Shown here: positions 42,284-56,204 of the stretch, piece after piece | Layout: each line of letters opens with the position of its first letter | Numbering within the stretch: position 1 is the stretch's first letter | DNA from: Octopus vulgaris | Taxonomy: Eukaryota | Assembly (NCBI GenBank): GCA_951406725.2 | Contig: OX597823.1 | Coordinates: 55,738,001 to 55,802,000 of the forward strand | DNA: 64,000 bases | Reading direction: 5' to 3' | The notes under the pieces: generated by a model | Seen by the model: the letters and a program-made list of their open reading frames with translations, nothing else | The model's database searches: none | What the model was told of the DNA's origin: nothing | Position numbers and translations under genes: made by a program

Positions 42284-42694
42284 TATATATACATACATAC
42301 ATGTATATGGTTATATGTGCCGTCATTCTTATTGTCGACTTCTGGTGGCCTTTTACAACATCCACAAGGTTTTCTTAGCCCTTAATAGAGTTTGTTATCG
42401 CCCATTCGCTGAGTTCAGATACAAAAATAATTTAGACTTGGTTCTATGAGACAGCCTACCACGTCCGAAAATTTCAATTTATTGGCAACTTGAGGACTAG
42501 AAAATATACACGTGGTTGCGATTCGAACTTCTTCACCACACAGCTATATATACTTGTGCCTATACATACACACCTGCATACATACACTTCATACATATAT
42601 ACATACGAGCAGAGAATCTCACAGATATATACATACGTATTCACACACATACACACACACACATAAATATATACAAAACACGTCCATGTATACT

Positions 42695-42737
<43 letters not shown>

Positions 42738-42898
42738 CGTGTTGTGTGTATTACAACAATATTTTTCTGAAAGTTATGAGCAAACAAAGTCGATAGTGAG
42801 TACACTCGTGTAAGTAAGCCTACATACATAAAATACATACATCAATGCATATATATTTATATATATATATATATACATGCATACATATGGTGCCTGCC

Positions 42899-42959
<61 letters not shown>

Positions 42960-42977
42960 TACATATATGTACATACC

Positions 42978-43037
<60 letters not shown>

Positions 43038-43243
43038 CAAGGAGTTGAAGATAATGATTTATTTGAAGTAAAAAATTAAAAGAAAGCAATGAAGAAAGAA
43101 AAAAGGGAGAAAAAGAAAAAAAGAAAGAAGGAAATGCAGTTGGATGCAAATTCAATGAGTACATCCCTATATATACGTCATTTATTTAATTACATATATA
43201 CACACACATGCATATATTTATATACATGCATAAATATGTATGT

Positions 43244-43329
<86 letters not shown>

Positions 43330-43592
43330 ATGTATATATGCATGTATGTTGAATGGATGGATGTAAATATACATGCGAGATGATTGACAAACTGTTGGGT
43401 AATAATAAACAGATGGAGCGACAGATGCATATATATAAAGCTAACATCAAATCACGAAAGGCAGACGATCAGTGAGGCAGACACTGTGTGTGGCAGACGA
43501 TCAGGGTGACAGACGACTAATGTGACAAACAAGCTATGTATGACAGACAATGAGTGTGACAGAGGATAACTAAACGAGTAGATATTTCTTAC

Positions 43593-43662
43593 CTGTGTAT
43601 GGCCACAACAAAACATCACCGTGGTAAACTCCAGAAAGCTGTAGAAGAACGTAGAAAAGCAT
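43593..43662 (-). CDS. Candidate first coding exon with hydrophobic N-terminus (MLFYVLLQLSGVYHGDVLLWPYT)
   Basis: Strong donor CAG|GTAAGA, in-frame upstream stop and a unique-sequence island. No homology recognised. Confidence 0.25.
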
Positions 43663-43899
43663 GTAATATCCACCGACAAATTTCGCCGGCTATTGTCACA
43701 GTATGCTGTATCCTGCAGTTATCCAACTGTGTGATACAGGTCTAGCATGAGTTGGTGGGGAACACCGTCTCTTTCATGCAAACCATAGTATCATATCATA
43801 CACATTCTCACACACCCGCACTCAAAAGCGAAACCGTACTTGTTACCGAAGTGTAGTCGACCGTAGCGTGGTTTGCTTAGCAAGTGACGTGATGTGACT

Positions 43900-44624
43900 G
43901 ACTCTCTCTCTTTCTCTCTCTCTCTATTCCTCTCCTTCTCTCTGTCTCTATCCCCCTCCTTTTTCTTTCTCGTGTGCTTTTTGTTCCCTTCTTTCTTTCC
44001 TACCTTCTTCCTTCCTCTTTTTCTTTTTATGTTTTATAGTCTTTCCTCCTTTTGTTCGCTTCGTTTTCTCTGTTCTTTTTCTTGTATATCTCTCTTTCAC
44101 TCTTATTTTTTTTTCAAATTTTATCCCTCTCTTCCTATTTGTATTCCTCTCTTCTTTACCCTTTTTCTTTCCCTCTTTATCTTTAGATTACTTCCCCTCT
44201 ATCACCTTCTAAATCTCTTTTTCTTCTTCCTCCTCTCTCACTCTTTACCTCAGTATCTCTCTGCCTATCCTTTTTTGTCCTGTTCTTTTATTCTATCTTC
44301 CTTAAAGCTCTTTGACTTAGAGAGCCACCACAACTCTCTCACTCTCTTTCTCTTCCTCTCTCTCTCTCTCTCTTTATCTCTCTCTCTCTTTATCTCTCTC
44401 TCTCTTTATCTCTCTCTCGCTGCCTGTCTCTTTCTTTCTCTCTTTCTCTCTTTCCCTCTCTCTCTGTCTGTCTGTCTGTCTCTCTCTCTTTATCTCTCTT
44501 TCTCTCTCTCTTCTGCTAAATTACGTTGTTTCTTTTCTTCCTCTTCTTCAGTGTCTTCCTCTCCTTTTCTCACTTTCTCCCTAACTCTCGCTTACTCTCT
44601 TTCTCCATTACACTCTCTCTTTTT

Positions 44625-44660
<36 letters not shown>

Positions 44661-44900
44661 TCACCCTGCCTCTCTTTCTCCTTTGCCACATACCCACCTA
44701 CCTGTCTACCTAACTACCTCATAACTATATTTCTCTGTGTATCAATATATTTCTAACGCCTTTCTCTTTGTCGCTCTCATTCTATATCACTATCTAACTC
44801 TCTCCCTCTCTCCCCCCTCTCTCTCCCCCCTCTCTCTCTCTCTTATTTCTTTTCCTTTCCTTATATATATATCACTACCTTCCCTTTTCCGCTTTTTTAA
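43900..44900. repeat. Polypyrimidine (CT/CTTT-rich) tract
   Basis: Direct reading; ORF 43894..44724 is a low-complexity artefact. Confidence 0.9.
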
Positions 44901-44938
44901 CTTCTACTTTCAAACACACACACACACACACAACACAC

Positions 44939-44977
<39 letters not shown>

Positions 44978-45162
44978 GCGCACACACATGAAGAATACAC
45001 GTTTAACGAAAACATTCGCGCTCACTGTTGGGCTGCTAGGATTTTAAAAAATAAATATCAACCCTGCATTAGTGGTTTAGTGGTTTTCCTGATTTCACAT
45101 CTGTGAATATATACCTGTGTATATACCTACCTACCTACTTACCTATAGATAAACAGACAGAC

Positions 45163-45255
<93 letters not shown>

Positions 45256-45320
45256 CATACATACATACATACATACATACATACATACATACATACGTAC
45301 AAACATACATACATATATAC

Positions 45321-45357
<37 letters not shown>

Positions 45358-45362
<5 letters not shown>

Positions 45363-45945
45363 ACCCAAGACACACTAAAACAAACATCCCTTCAACCTTG
45401 CAAGAAGGATATGCACAATAGTGTCAGAACAAAATACCAGGAACTTTAGACTGCAAGAACTCAAAAACACCCTAATTGAAAGACATTACCCAGCTCAACT
45501 CATAGAGGATGGGATCAGACGTGCAACAGAAATCAACATAGAAACTTTAAGAAATGTTCAACACAACAACACACCTTAAAAAAATGTCCTCTGAAAACAT
45601 AATTTATGTCATTAAATGCTCGGGCTGCCACCAAGACTACGTGGGTTCCACGGGACTATCACTCAGGCGTAGATGCACACTGCATCGACAACAGATTGCA
45701 TTCCCAGAATATAGAATGATACCTTTTAGTGAGCACATTCAGAAATGCGCAAAGCAACTACTGCCACAATTTTTAATCTTCCCAAACATACTGACACAGA
45801 GAAATTAACAAGGGAAAGGGAAAAAAATTTTTAAGCGATTATCTCCCTTACACCGGAAGAAATCACTCACTACCTCCCGTTATTTAGAAATCTCCTGAAA
45901 ATAAACACAACGATAACTCCATGCAATATACATAACGTCACAAGA
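45358..45945 (+). pseudogene. PLE fragment (RT C-terminus + GIY-YIG endonuclease)
   Basis: CHPRHTKTNIPFNLARRICTIVS..RLQELK..L..RHYP, then NIIYVIKCSGCHQDYVGSTG.SLRRRCTLHRQQI. Flanked by (TA)n and (TACA)n. Confidence 0.88.
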
Positions 45946-46003
45946 AATACATACATACATACATACATACATACATACATACATACATACGTACATACAT
46001 ACG

Positions 46004-46032
<29 letters not shown>

Positions 46033-46037
<5 letters not shown>

Positions 46038-46262
46038 TAATCCAAACATGAAAATACAAAGAGAAAACACAACAACGCGAGGACTTGGAACAAATATAGT
46101 ATTATTGGACGCTCAGGAAAGAAAAGAAAGAAGGAGGATTTAACGTTTCGAGCGGAGCGCTTCGTCAGAAACGTAGGAAAAGGAAAGATCCAAGGAAGGG
46201 AAGACGGAGGAAAAAAATCGCCAACGGTATACACGCGGTCACATTTTGAATGAATATTTTGA
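46033..46262 (-). mobile_element. PLE pLTR-like cassette with HHR (intact CUGACGA core) in (TA)n
   Basis: 46138-46172(-): UUU-CUGACGA-A-GCGC-UCC-GCUC-GAAA-CG-UU-AAA, followed by TTCCTGAGCG. Related truncated pieces at 19198-19290 and 17263-17355. Confidence 0.75.
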
Positions 46263-46315
<53 letters not shown>

Positions 46316-46476
46316 CAGTAGTAATAAAAGGGTGAAATTAATTAATTAGGGATAATTATCAATTACACCAAGTAGATTTCGGTATGTAAAAGCCCCAATC
46401 GAGGAAAATTTAAGTAATACTAAATTTAAGTAATACGTTGCTAAACCCTTAATTACTTAGTATATATATATATATA

Positions 46477-46858
46477 CTAGCAGTATCGCCCGGCGTTGCT
46501 CAGGTTTGTAAGGGAAATAACTATAAAGCATTTTTAGAGAGTTATAGCCAAAAAATAGCAAAAAGATGGAAAAAAATGATGGTAAATTTTTTTTTAGTTA
46601 AAAAAGGTGGAGTTGCGTCCCCTAGACAGTTTGCGGTTTGTGTTTGTGATTCTCGACCCCATGTCGAATTTATCGATTTTTTTCAGAACTGGGGGAACTT
46701 TTGAAAATTTTCGCTGCATTAGTTTTGAATTATGACATTGGGCTATGTGTGTGTCAAGTTTCATCAGAATCGGTTGAAAGCCGTGGTCAGGGTGAGGGTA
46801 CAAGAAAACAGACACACAGAAACACGCACAGACAAACTGCCGTTTATATAGAGAGAGA
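46477..46858 (-). mobile_element. Non-autonomous Helitron (Lep1-like architecture)
   Basis: Minus strand begins A|TC and ends with a subterminal hairpin plus CTAG|T. Contains an (ACAG/AC)n tract and an AAGTTTCATCAGAATCGG motif. Confidence 0.75.
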
Positions 46859-47599
46859 TAAACTAATCACTGGAAAAACTTTGGTATTAATTATTCCCAA
46901 TAACATGTGGTTCATTGCCTAATAGGTGTTACAGAGTTGAGAAAACATATTTTCCAACATATAAGACATCTGTGAGAATGAAACGTGTAATGAGAATAAG
47001 TAATCCAGTCTTCTAGTGTTCTGTTTTAATATGCAATTACTCTACAGAAGTTATTTTCCAGTACTTTCCAGTGTTTACCTGTATTTTCAACTCTGGTGTG
47101 CTGAAATATGTAGATGTTCTTCATGACAATAACTTTATCTATACACCATATGTAACATATATATATAATTCATGTTTTTTATAATAATTACTGGAAACCT
47201 CCTCGCCAGCGATTGCGCAGCCTAACATTTTAGGTCCAATAAGGCTTGCACAACACCTCACAGACGTTCTCCATCCTATTGACAGAAAAGTGAGAAAAGG
47301 CGAAAAAGAAGTAAATATAAAAGGTTGAAATGTTGAAAAGCCGGAAAACGAAAGCGAAACCAGAAAGAAGCAAAATGACCGTAAACTATAAAACTGAAAA
47401 GATAGTGGTTTAGAGCCTATGGTACAATTGTTCAATCCGGAGAGGGCGGCGCTTTCGAATTCGTCAACAGGAACCTTGCCATACGCTTACAACCACTGAA
47501 AATTTCGGATCTAGAATTCAGTAGTGTGTTAGAGTTCCTAGAACTCAAAAGGATCTGAGATTTTTCAACTACGCACAGCTTACATTTTTTTTTTTATCC

Positions 47600-48670
47600 G
47601 TTAACATATGGTTTGGATTTTTCGACTATTTTCCACTGTATCATATGTAGTGTGACATTCGATTTCAAACCTCATACGTGGTGAGCCAACATAGCAGCAT
47701 AACTTTTATCCCTGTGTCGGAAGGAAAATATGATTAGCATAGCGATTTTTTAAATCGCCTTTACATAGACAAGTGCATCTTATCGGTTCTAGCGTTGCTG
47801 TAACTTCGCTTCATATATGACTGATATACTCATACACCCCTGGTCGACTTGACAGGCTCCTGGGTCTCGACAGTTACAGCTGGGAGTGGGCTTTTGATGT
47901 TGTTCTCGTGTAACGATACTTTTCATATTGGGGCAGCATCTACTTGATAATTTCACTAATCTCCTGTTAAATATATTCCTGTACCTGTGATTTTGAGGAA
48001 AATGTTTGTCTAGGAATCTTTTACCTATGTTAGTTTTTACATTAAGGGAAAAGGTGGTGGGGGGACCAAATTATTTTCCTATGTCTGTCTTTCGGTCTAT
48101 TATTATTATTCCGATTAACATTAGAGGGGTTACATATTAATTTATAGGGCATTGTTGTAGTAGGAGGCTACCTTCTCGAAAACATCTTTAGAGGAAGAAA
48201 GATTAGATACACTGTTACTAATGTTAGCTATTAGGTTTTTAAATACTACAAGATGGGGTGACAAAACTATTTATGTATACAGGAGAGTTTCTCGTTCGAC
48301 TTATGGTAAGGTTTATAAGTGAAAGAGTTCAGGTATGTAGAAAACATGTAAAAATTCAACTTTAGACAGATTAGTAGTGACTGTGATTTTAAGGCCTAAT
48401 TGACTGAAGATATAAGTAAGTTGTTTCCTAAATTTATCTAAATAATGACCAACCACAGCCATGGGAAATACCCAATCCATCGTCTCTGTATAGATCAACG
48501 TCGTGAGATGGGTACTTAGATCTCAATGTGTTTAATACAAAGAGACTCACAAAATAGCAAACGTCAGCATTATCGAACGACCCCAGTGATACATTGAACA
48601 TTTCATCATTATCTGACGTTTTTACTCATGCTGGGCCCTTACTAAACAGTATTGCTTTCGCTCGCATGTT
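47600..48670 (-). pseudogene. Degenerate Neptune-type PLE (RT + linker)
   Basis: FNVSLGSFDNADVC, LYRDDGLG (RT catalytic motif, ~48472-48494) and WSPPPFSLNVKTNIGKRFLDKHFPQNH. Confidence 0.85.
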
Positions 48671-48717
48671 TGGACTTGCGAGGAAAACACTTCAAAAGCT
48701 ATAAGGTCTGCATTAAT

Positions 48718-49060
48718 TCACCATAAATGTTCACTTTTTCTTGAAATTTTGACGGTACATTTACTTCTGCTGGGCAGCTGACCACTACAACAGTGCAAGA
48801 CTTTTGATCCATGTCTCAGAACAATATCAGGTTTATTATGCTTGCACCGAATTGATGTTTTTATTGGGATTTTCCACCAGTATGGCTTGTTTTTAAATGT
48901 GCGAATACCTGTTTGTTCTGACATGCCTCTGATGTATACGGCAGGGCAGTCCTTCTTTGGGAAAGCATTGTAAAATATTTTTGCAACTATATCATACCTC
49001 AGGGGTTGGTAGTACCTCATAGACATTTTGGGCAGCTGATAATAATGTAATATCTTCTAC
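48718..49060 (-). pseudogene. Restriction-like endonuclease fragment of an RLE non-LTR retrotransposon (R4/Dong-like)
   Basis: IISCPKM..YY..RYDIVAK...W.....KHNKPDIV matches the CCHC-RHD-PD..D RLE layout. Confidence 0.75.
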
Positions 49061-49849
49061 GCTTTATTATACTGTTCTGAACCGTTGCGTTTTCATTCTT
49101 CTCGCTCTCATTTTTGTCTTTGCTCCTCCTCTAATTCTGTCTCTATGGTTGTTTCTCACTGTGTGGGTGGAGCTTTCATTACTCATTGCCTGCCACGACG
49201 CCAAGTATGTGCAGCACTCCTGCACCTCTTATGTTAAGTCGCCCAGTAGCTCTCGCTTACCCTCTATGTCTCTCGAACCACCCCTTCATTTACTCCACCC
49301 CTCTCTCTATAATCCTTTCTCGCTGTATGAGCGAGTGACGTTTTATACTCATTGCATTCCACGAAACCAAGTCTGAACACGCATCCTGCACTTCTTACGT
49401 TAACTTTCTCTGAATGTCGTCTCTTTTGCTCTATCTCCCCCTCTCTCTAGACCAACCAAGCAACCAACATTTATATCAGCTGTTATTATATGACGATAAC
49501 CATTTCGATTTCTCTTACCTCTCTCTCTCTTTCTCTTTCTCTCTATCTTTTACTCTCACTTTCTTTCTCTCTCTCACTCTGTTTCTCTCTTACACACACT
49601 CTTTCTCTCACTCTATCTTTTTCTCTTTAATACCCCTTTCTCTCCCTCTCCCCAAAAACCACCTGCATTCTTTTTGAGTCTCTCTCTCTTCCCCCTCTCT
49701 CTCCTCTCTCTCCCTCTCTCTCTCTCTCTCTCTCCCTCTCTTTAGTTTCATTAAATGATCCTTTGATTTCTGAACAACTGAATTCTTTATATGCCGCTTC
49801 AGTCTCAGATGAAACATGTGAATATTTGTTTGTAGATGATGCCATCATT

Positions 49850-50200
49850 AAATGTCTTTTCCAAGTCAGATATCGCCTGCGCCATTTCTGGTCGAAACTT
49901 ATCTAAGTATAACTGTGAGTATATGCCTCTTTTCACGCTTCTCTTTGAAGTACTAAATGAGTTGCTCCTTTATATCCGCAATGACCATCCAACAGCGAGA
50001 CCGCCAAACTGAACAGTGGATAGCGATATCTCCTATTTTAAAAATATTTATTTTACTCGTCTTGAAAGTGATCTTCAGATGATATTTGAATCACTTTGAA
50101 CATAGTGTAGAAGGCTCTATGCGCGAAAAGCACGAGTCAGTCCTGAACAATACACACCCGACCTATCTCATTTGATACCTTTCTAATGTGGAACTAATGC
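49850..50200 (-). pseudogene. Possible L1/Tx1-type LINE 3' remnant
   Basis: Weak peptide resemblance (GRV..., SFDQKW) to a Tx1 C-terminus; many stops. Confidence 0.3.
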
Positions 50201-51759
50201 TGTTGTTGTTGGTTCAATGAAATATTTCAATCTGCATAATGCGTAATCCTACTTCACCAGGTGACTGAAAGCGTATTTTAAAATTTAAAGATCTTCAGTT
50301 TCTTCACCTGTCGACTGTAGGCGGTTCATGTCTTGTACCGGCACCGTGAGAGTCGAAAAAACAGAGACTGCCGGGAAGCAGAGAACCTTGGTAACTCTTC
50401 AGAAATATTCTCTTCCTAAACCTCCCTATTGATTTGCCACCTCTTACTACATTATTCTTCGTTTTCTACAAAACCTCTTTCGTCTCCATCTGTTTCTCTA
50501 TATAAACTACTATAATGGATATTGGTTTCAGATTTTGGCACAAGGCCAGTAATTTTGGGGAAGGGGTAAGTCAATTGCATCAATTAGTAATTATTTCATC
50601 GACTCCAAAAGGATGAAAAACAAAGTAGACCTCGGTGTAATTTGAGCTCAGGACGGAAAGACGGATGATATGCAACTAAACATTTTACCTGGGTTGGCTA
50701 ACGACTCTGCCAGCTCACTGTTTTATAGACCAGTGAATATAGATAACAATACTTATATCATGGTCTTCGTCCTTCTGTGCGTTCTGAGTTCAAATTCCGC
50801 CAAGGTCCACTATACCTTTCATCCTTTCGGGGTCGATAAAATAAGTACCTGTGGATCACTGGGAATCGATGAAAGCAACTTAACCCTTCCCTTAAAATTC
50901 CTGGCCTTGTGCCAAAATTTAAAAGTAAAACATATTATGGTCTCTTCGTTCATTTAATCAACAATTACACAATTAGCCCCAATAGTAGCCATCTGCTTTT
51001 ATACATTTTACATAGAGTCAACTATGAAATCACTGTATGCTAGAAATAACCATCAACTCTTCCAATAAGCAAGTTTTACCATCTTAAAAATGGAAAGGGT
51101 GCATTAGATATTACAGTTTTTCTCATCATCATCATCATTCGGTCAGGTGATTTGCTCAGACCAATGAGTCATGTTGGTCTTTCGGAATGTCTCATCTGCG
51201 CACACGCTGCGACTACAGATAATAGCAGTAGTTCGCTAATTGAGGAAGTTGATCGTGGCCTTTGACAGTTTGTTGGCCGTCCTTTCGCTCAGTTTCTAAT
51301 GATATTCGCCATTGAATCAACGGTTTATATTATGCTGCATCATATGATTTCAACGCAACTCCAACTCGCGTATTTCCCGGGCACCAGGCTTTGCCAAAGG
51401 GCCATGCGTGATTTGGTCCGGGGCTGTTTATTCCTATATAGAGGACCTCTATTTATTTATATGCTGATTAATCCATAGCTAGGACCATGATAGGTGCCAC
51501 TACACCGGGTCAGGTTAGATCTAGAAACAATAGTGACCAAGAAATGGTTCCACACATCACAAAACTTTGCATCTCCTAACCCAGAGCTGCAATATCGGAT
51601 ACAGCTTAAAGTCATCACAATACTTATAAGATGGGATGATCACAGCCGGAATGTCTTGAAACATAAATTTGCTCGATCAGAGTTGGCATAGGCCTATAAA
51701 ATAACACCAACGACAATAACAGTAGCAAGCTCCTTCATTTGTTCGTGATGCTGTTGCTC

Positions 51760-51781
51760 TAGTAGTAGTAGTAGTAGTAGC

Positions 51782-51861
<80 letters not shown>

Positions 51862-51883
51862 CAGCAGCAGTAGTAGTAGCAGC

Positions 51884-51921
<38 letters not shown>
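51760..51921. repeat. (AGT/AGC)n microsatellite
   Basis: Direct reading. Confidence 0.95.
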
Positions 51922-53042
51922 ATTTTGTTGTTGTTTTTGCTAGCAGAATAGTCAGAATGTCAGATAGAATCAGTTCCGGATCTCTATTCTCTGAATTCAA
52001 ATCGTACCAAAGGTCAGCTATGCCTTACACCCTTTTAGAGGTCGGTAACTAAAGTACCAGCCCAGTACTGGGGTCAACTTTCCCCATCTCCCTCTCCATC
52101 TCACTTTCTCTCTCTCTCTCTCCTTCTTTCTCCCTCTCTCTCCCCCCTCTCTCTCTCTCGTGATTGTATTTGTCACATTGCATCACGCAGATTTGACCTG
52201 AGAATACAGGTGCCAATGAATTACTCAGTCAGATAGTTCCATATCTCTAATCCCTGAGTTCAAATCGCGCCATGGTCAACAATGCATTGTATCCTTTTAG
52301 AAGACAGTAAATAAAGTACCAGCCCAATACTGGGTGAAGGGGTCCTATTCTTCCCCTATTTCTCCCTCCTTCCCTCTTTCTCTTTCTCTCTCTCTCTCTT
52401 TGCTTCTCTCTATCTCCCTTCCTTTTTTTTTTGCTCTCACTTTCTCTGTCCCACACTCTTTCTCCTTTCCCTTTCCCTCTGTCTTCCAAGGTATTTTCTC
52501 CGATGTATTAACCAGTTTACAAGCTAGTCACATTATCTATCCTTGTTATTCCAAGTTATTACTATTTTATTTGCTGTTTATGTTCTTACTCTGATTATCC
52601 ATTTGACAGGTACTCCGTCGGTTACAACGACGAGTGTTCCAGTTGATCCGATCAACAGAACAGCCTGTGAAATTAACGTGCAAACGGCTGAGCACGTGTG
52701 CCGTTAACGCAGTTCTCTGGGAGATTTGGCGCGACACAAAAATGTGACAATTCTGGCCCTTTGAAATACATGTACTACTCATTTTTGCCAGCCGTGTGAA
52801 CTGGAGCAACGTGAAATAAACTGGAATGCGCCACCAGGAATCGAACTCAGGACTTTAAGATTGCGAGCCGAAGACCCAAATGACAAGACAAAACCATACG
52901 CCTTCACTCAACATTCATATATACATAAATACATACACACACACATACATACACACACACATACATACATACATACATACATACATACATACATACATAC
53001 ATACATGCATACATAGAACATACATATACAAGTATGTATACA

Positions 53043-53078
<36 letters not shown>

Positions 53079-53498
53079 TATTTTGTTCTTTTATTCTTTC
53101 ACTTGATTCCCTCATTAAACTTTGGTTATGCCGGGGTACCACCTTGCAGTATTCAGTTGATCAAATCGGTTGCAATATTCGTTTCAAGTGTAATGTTTAC
53201 TCTACTGATTTCTTCTGCAGAATCGTTAAGTTACTGGGACGTAAACAAACCAACATTTCTCAACGGGTAGAAAACACACGCAAATGGAGAGACGCGCGCA
53301 CCCACGTACCCGCACACTCATACACAGCATATATGTCTATATGTATGTAGGTATGTATGTATGTATATATATATATATATATATATATAGGTATGTATAT
53401 ACACACATGCATATGTGTATGTAAGTGTGTACACACACACACACACACACATTTATATGGATACATACATAGAGGAGACAAAAAAGAGACTTAGTCCA

Positions 53499-54060
53499 TT
53501 ATTACCTTCGCTTTAACGGGGGTATTGTTTTCAGTCGTGTTTGTTTATTTGTCCGTGGACAAGATATCTCAAGAACCGCTGGATGGATTTGGATGAAACT
53601 TTCAGGGATGTTTGGCCTCGTAACTGGCATGAACCGGACAAGGATTCTGGATTATTTGTTATATTTACTTTACTCTACGTGATTACGATCTTATGTTAAC
53701 TTTCAGGCCTTTCTCAATTATCTCCCTTTAGGCTGTAACTATTTTGAATGACGAATTTGTTAACTTTGGCTTGTATTAGATAAAAATAAACTATTTATTT
53801 CTGTAATTAAATTTTCTACAGCAACCTTCCCATTCTATGACTACCATTAGGATCGATCAGGTATCGGACAAGGATTCTGGATTATTTTTCCTATTTTTCA
53901 AATTAATTTTTGAGGGCCGTCGACTTCGTTTTTAGTATTCTCGTTTGTGAGAGCAGTCGAGTTTATTTCAGATTTTGTCATTTTAAAAATCATCTCTGGC
54001 TAATCATTGAGAGGACGTTAGTGTTGCCTTGACTTCCTGGGTACTGTTCAATTTGTTATA
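53499..54060 (+). mobile_element. Helentron-associated (HINE/DINE-1-like) element
   Basis: Starts ATTACCTTCGC..GGGGTATTGTTTTCAG..(GTTT)n..AAGATATCTCAAG..GGATGGATTTGGATGAAACTT. Internal duplication CGGACAAGGATTCTGGATTATTT at ~53635 and ~53865. Confidence 0.6.
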
Positions 54061-54660
54061 TCATCTTGAACATATTTCGTTTACAGAAATATCTGTTATA
54101 TTACGGAAAATCTTATAAGTAGGTTACATTATCTAGTCTTCACAAATTGTATAACACGCTTATGTAACATTTAAGTATTGCAATGGACTTTTGACAGTGT
54201 AATGGTATCAGTGAAAACTCGGTCTGAAGTCCACCATTACACTACGTAAATTCTATTATACATCTTACATCTTAAAAGTTTTTAACGAACGATGCGCGAT
54301 TTCTCAAAATTTGAGATTCTGCTTATAAGGTGAAGGCACATAGCTTAGTGGTTAGGATGCCACTCTTACGATTGCTAAATAGTGGGTTCGATTTCCGGAC
54401 CGGGCAGCGCGTTGTGTTCTTGAGGAAAACACTTCATTACACGTTGTTCTGCAATCATTTCGACGTCTCATTACGAACCGCCCTTGTACAATGTCGATTT
54501 GATGGAGAGAGTGGAGAGAGTGGAGAGAGTGAGTTAATGTACAGCACATACATTTGATCCCTGTAAACAAATAATTCGTGTAGGTCCTTCGGCCAAAAGC
54601 TGAACACTCATACGTTGCCTTCGGCGGGAAATTCTATCATATACATATAGTAAAAAATAT

Positions 54661-55395
54661 TGGTTTCAAATTTTGGTACAACGCAAGTAATTTCGGGAAG
54701 TGGATAAATAGATCCCAATGGTTAAATGGTACTTATTTTATCGACCCCCGAAAGGATGAAAAGTAAAGTAGGCTTCGGGAGAATTTGAACTCAGAACTTA
54801 AAGATGGACGAAATGCCTATCTCTTTACTACCTACAAGGAGCTAAACTTAGAGAGGACAATCAAGGACAGACAAACGGATTAAGTTGATTATATCGACCC
54901 CAGTGTGTAACTGGTACTTATTTCATCGACCCCGAAAGGATGAAAGCCAAAGTCGACCTCGGCAGGATTTGAACTCAGGACGTAGCGACAGACGAAATAC
55001 CTGTTTCTTTATTACCCACAAGGGGCTAAACATAGAGGGGACAAACGATTAAGTCGATTACATCGACCCCAGTGCGTAACTGGTACTTAATTTATCGACC
55101 CCGAAAGGATGAAAAGCAAAGTCGACCTCGGCAGAATTTGAACTCAGAACGTAACGGCAGACGAAATACCTATTTCTTTACTACTCACAAGGGGCTAAAC
55201 ACACAGGACAAACAAGGAGAGACAAACGGATTAAGTCGATTATATCGACCCCAGTGCGTAACTGGTACTTATTTAATCGACCCCGAAAGGATGAAAGGCA
55301 AAGTCGACCTCGGCGGAATTTGAACTCAGAACGTAACGGCAGACGAAATTCCGCTAAGCATTTCGCCCGGCGTGCTAATGATTTTGCCACTTCAT
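54661..55395 (-). repeat. Tandem multimer of SINE family B body (~4 units)
   Basis: ATCGACCCCGAAAGGATGAAA..CAAAGTCGACCTCGGC...TTTGAACTCAG repeated near 54740, 54925, 55095 and 55277. Confidence 0.9.
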
Positions 55396-55824
55396 CGTCT
55401 TACATATTTAAAAAAGAACAGCAAAAAATATTATTGCAGGTTTTACATAAATTCATATCCTTGATATTACATTATTATTTTAGTGTCGTCTGAGCAGCTA
55501 CAGTTTGAAGAGGGTACATTACAGGAACATTCCATTTACTATCTGAACATTTTCTAATAAAGTGTTATTGACTTCTACTTCATGGTTCCTGCCTTTAATG
55601 ATATCTGCGGGCAAAATGACCGAGTTTCATGTTTACCTTGATATTTTTCGATTTAAGAAGAAAAAAAACCTGCGCCACTCTGGTGTTTGTTAACTTCTGA
55701 GAAAATACAAATGTTAACAGTCAACTACAAATCTGTTACGCATATACACATTGTCATTCACGTACATCCTTACATAGTATATTCATATACACGCGTATAC
55801 ATATATATAATTTAGCTAGCTCGC

Positions 55825-55825
<1 letters not shown>

Positions 55826-55907
<82 letters not shown>

Positions 55908-55962
55908 CAGACAGAGAGATAGATAAATAGTTAGATAAATAGATAGATAGATAGATAGATAT

Positions 55963-56027
<65 letters not shown>

Positions 56028-56099
56028 CAGACAGACTGACAGCAGACAAACAGACAGATAGATAGATAAATAGACAGACAAACAGATAGACAGACAGAC

Positions 56100-56189
<90 letters not shown>

Positions 56190-56204
56190 TTAGATAGATA
56201 GATA
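55826..56204. repeat. (GATA/GACA)n array
   Basis: Direct reading. Confidence 0.95.

Noticed and set aside
43894-44724. 276-aa hydrophobic 'membrane protein' ORF
   Set aside because: CT-rich low-complexity tract.
47440-47475. HHR-like CUGUUGA..GAAAGCGC on the minus strand; also CTGACGAAAC at 41045 and CTGATGAAATGAAA at 18888
   Set aside because: Missing stem I or II or the UH triplet; could arise by chance.
54661-55395. CRISPR-like repeat/spacer array
   Set aside because: Whole units including the 'spacers' are homologous SINE sequence; eukaryotic context and no cas genes.
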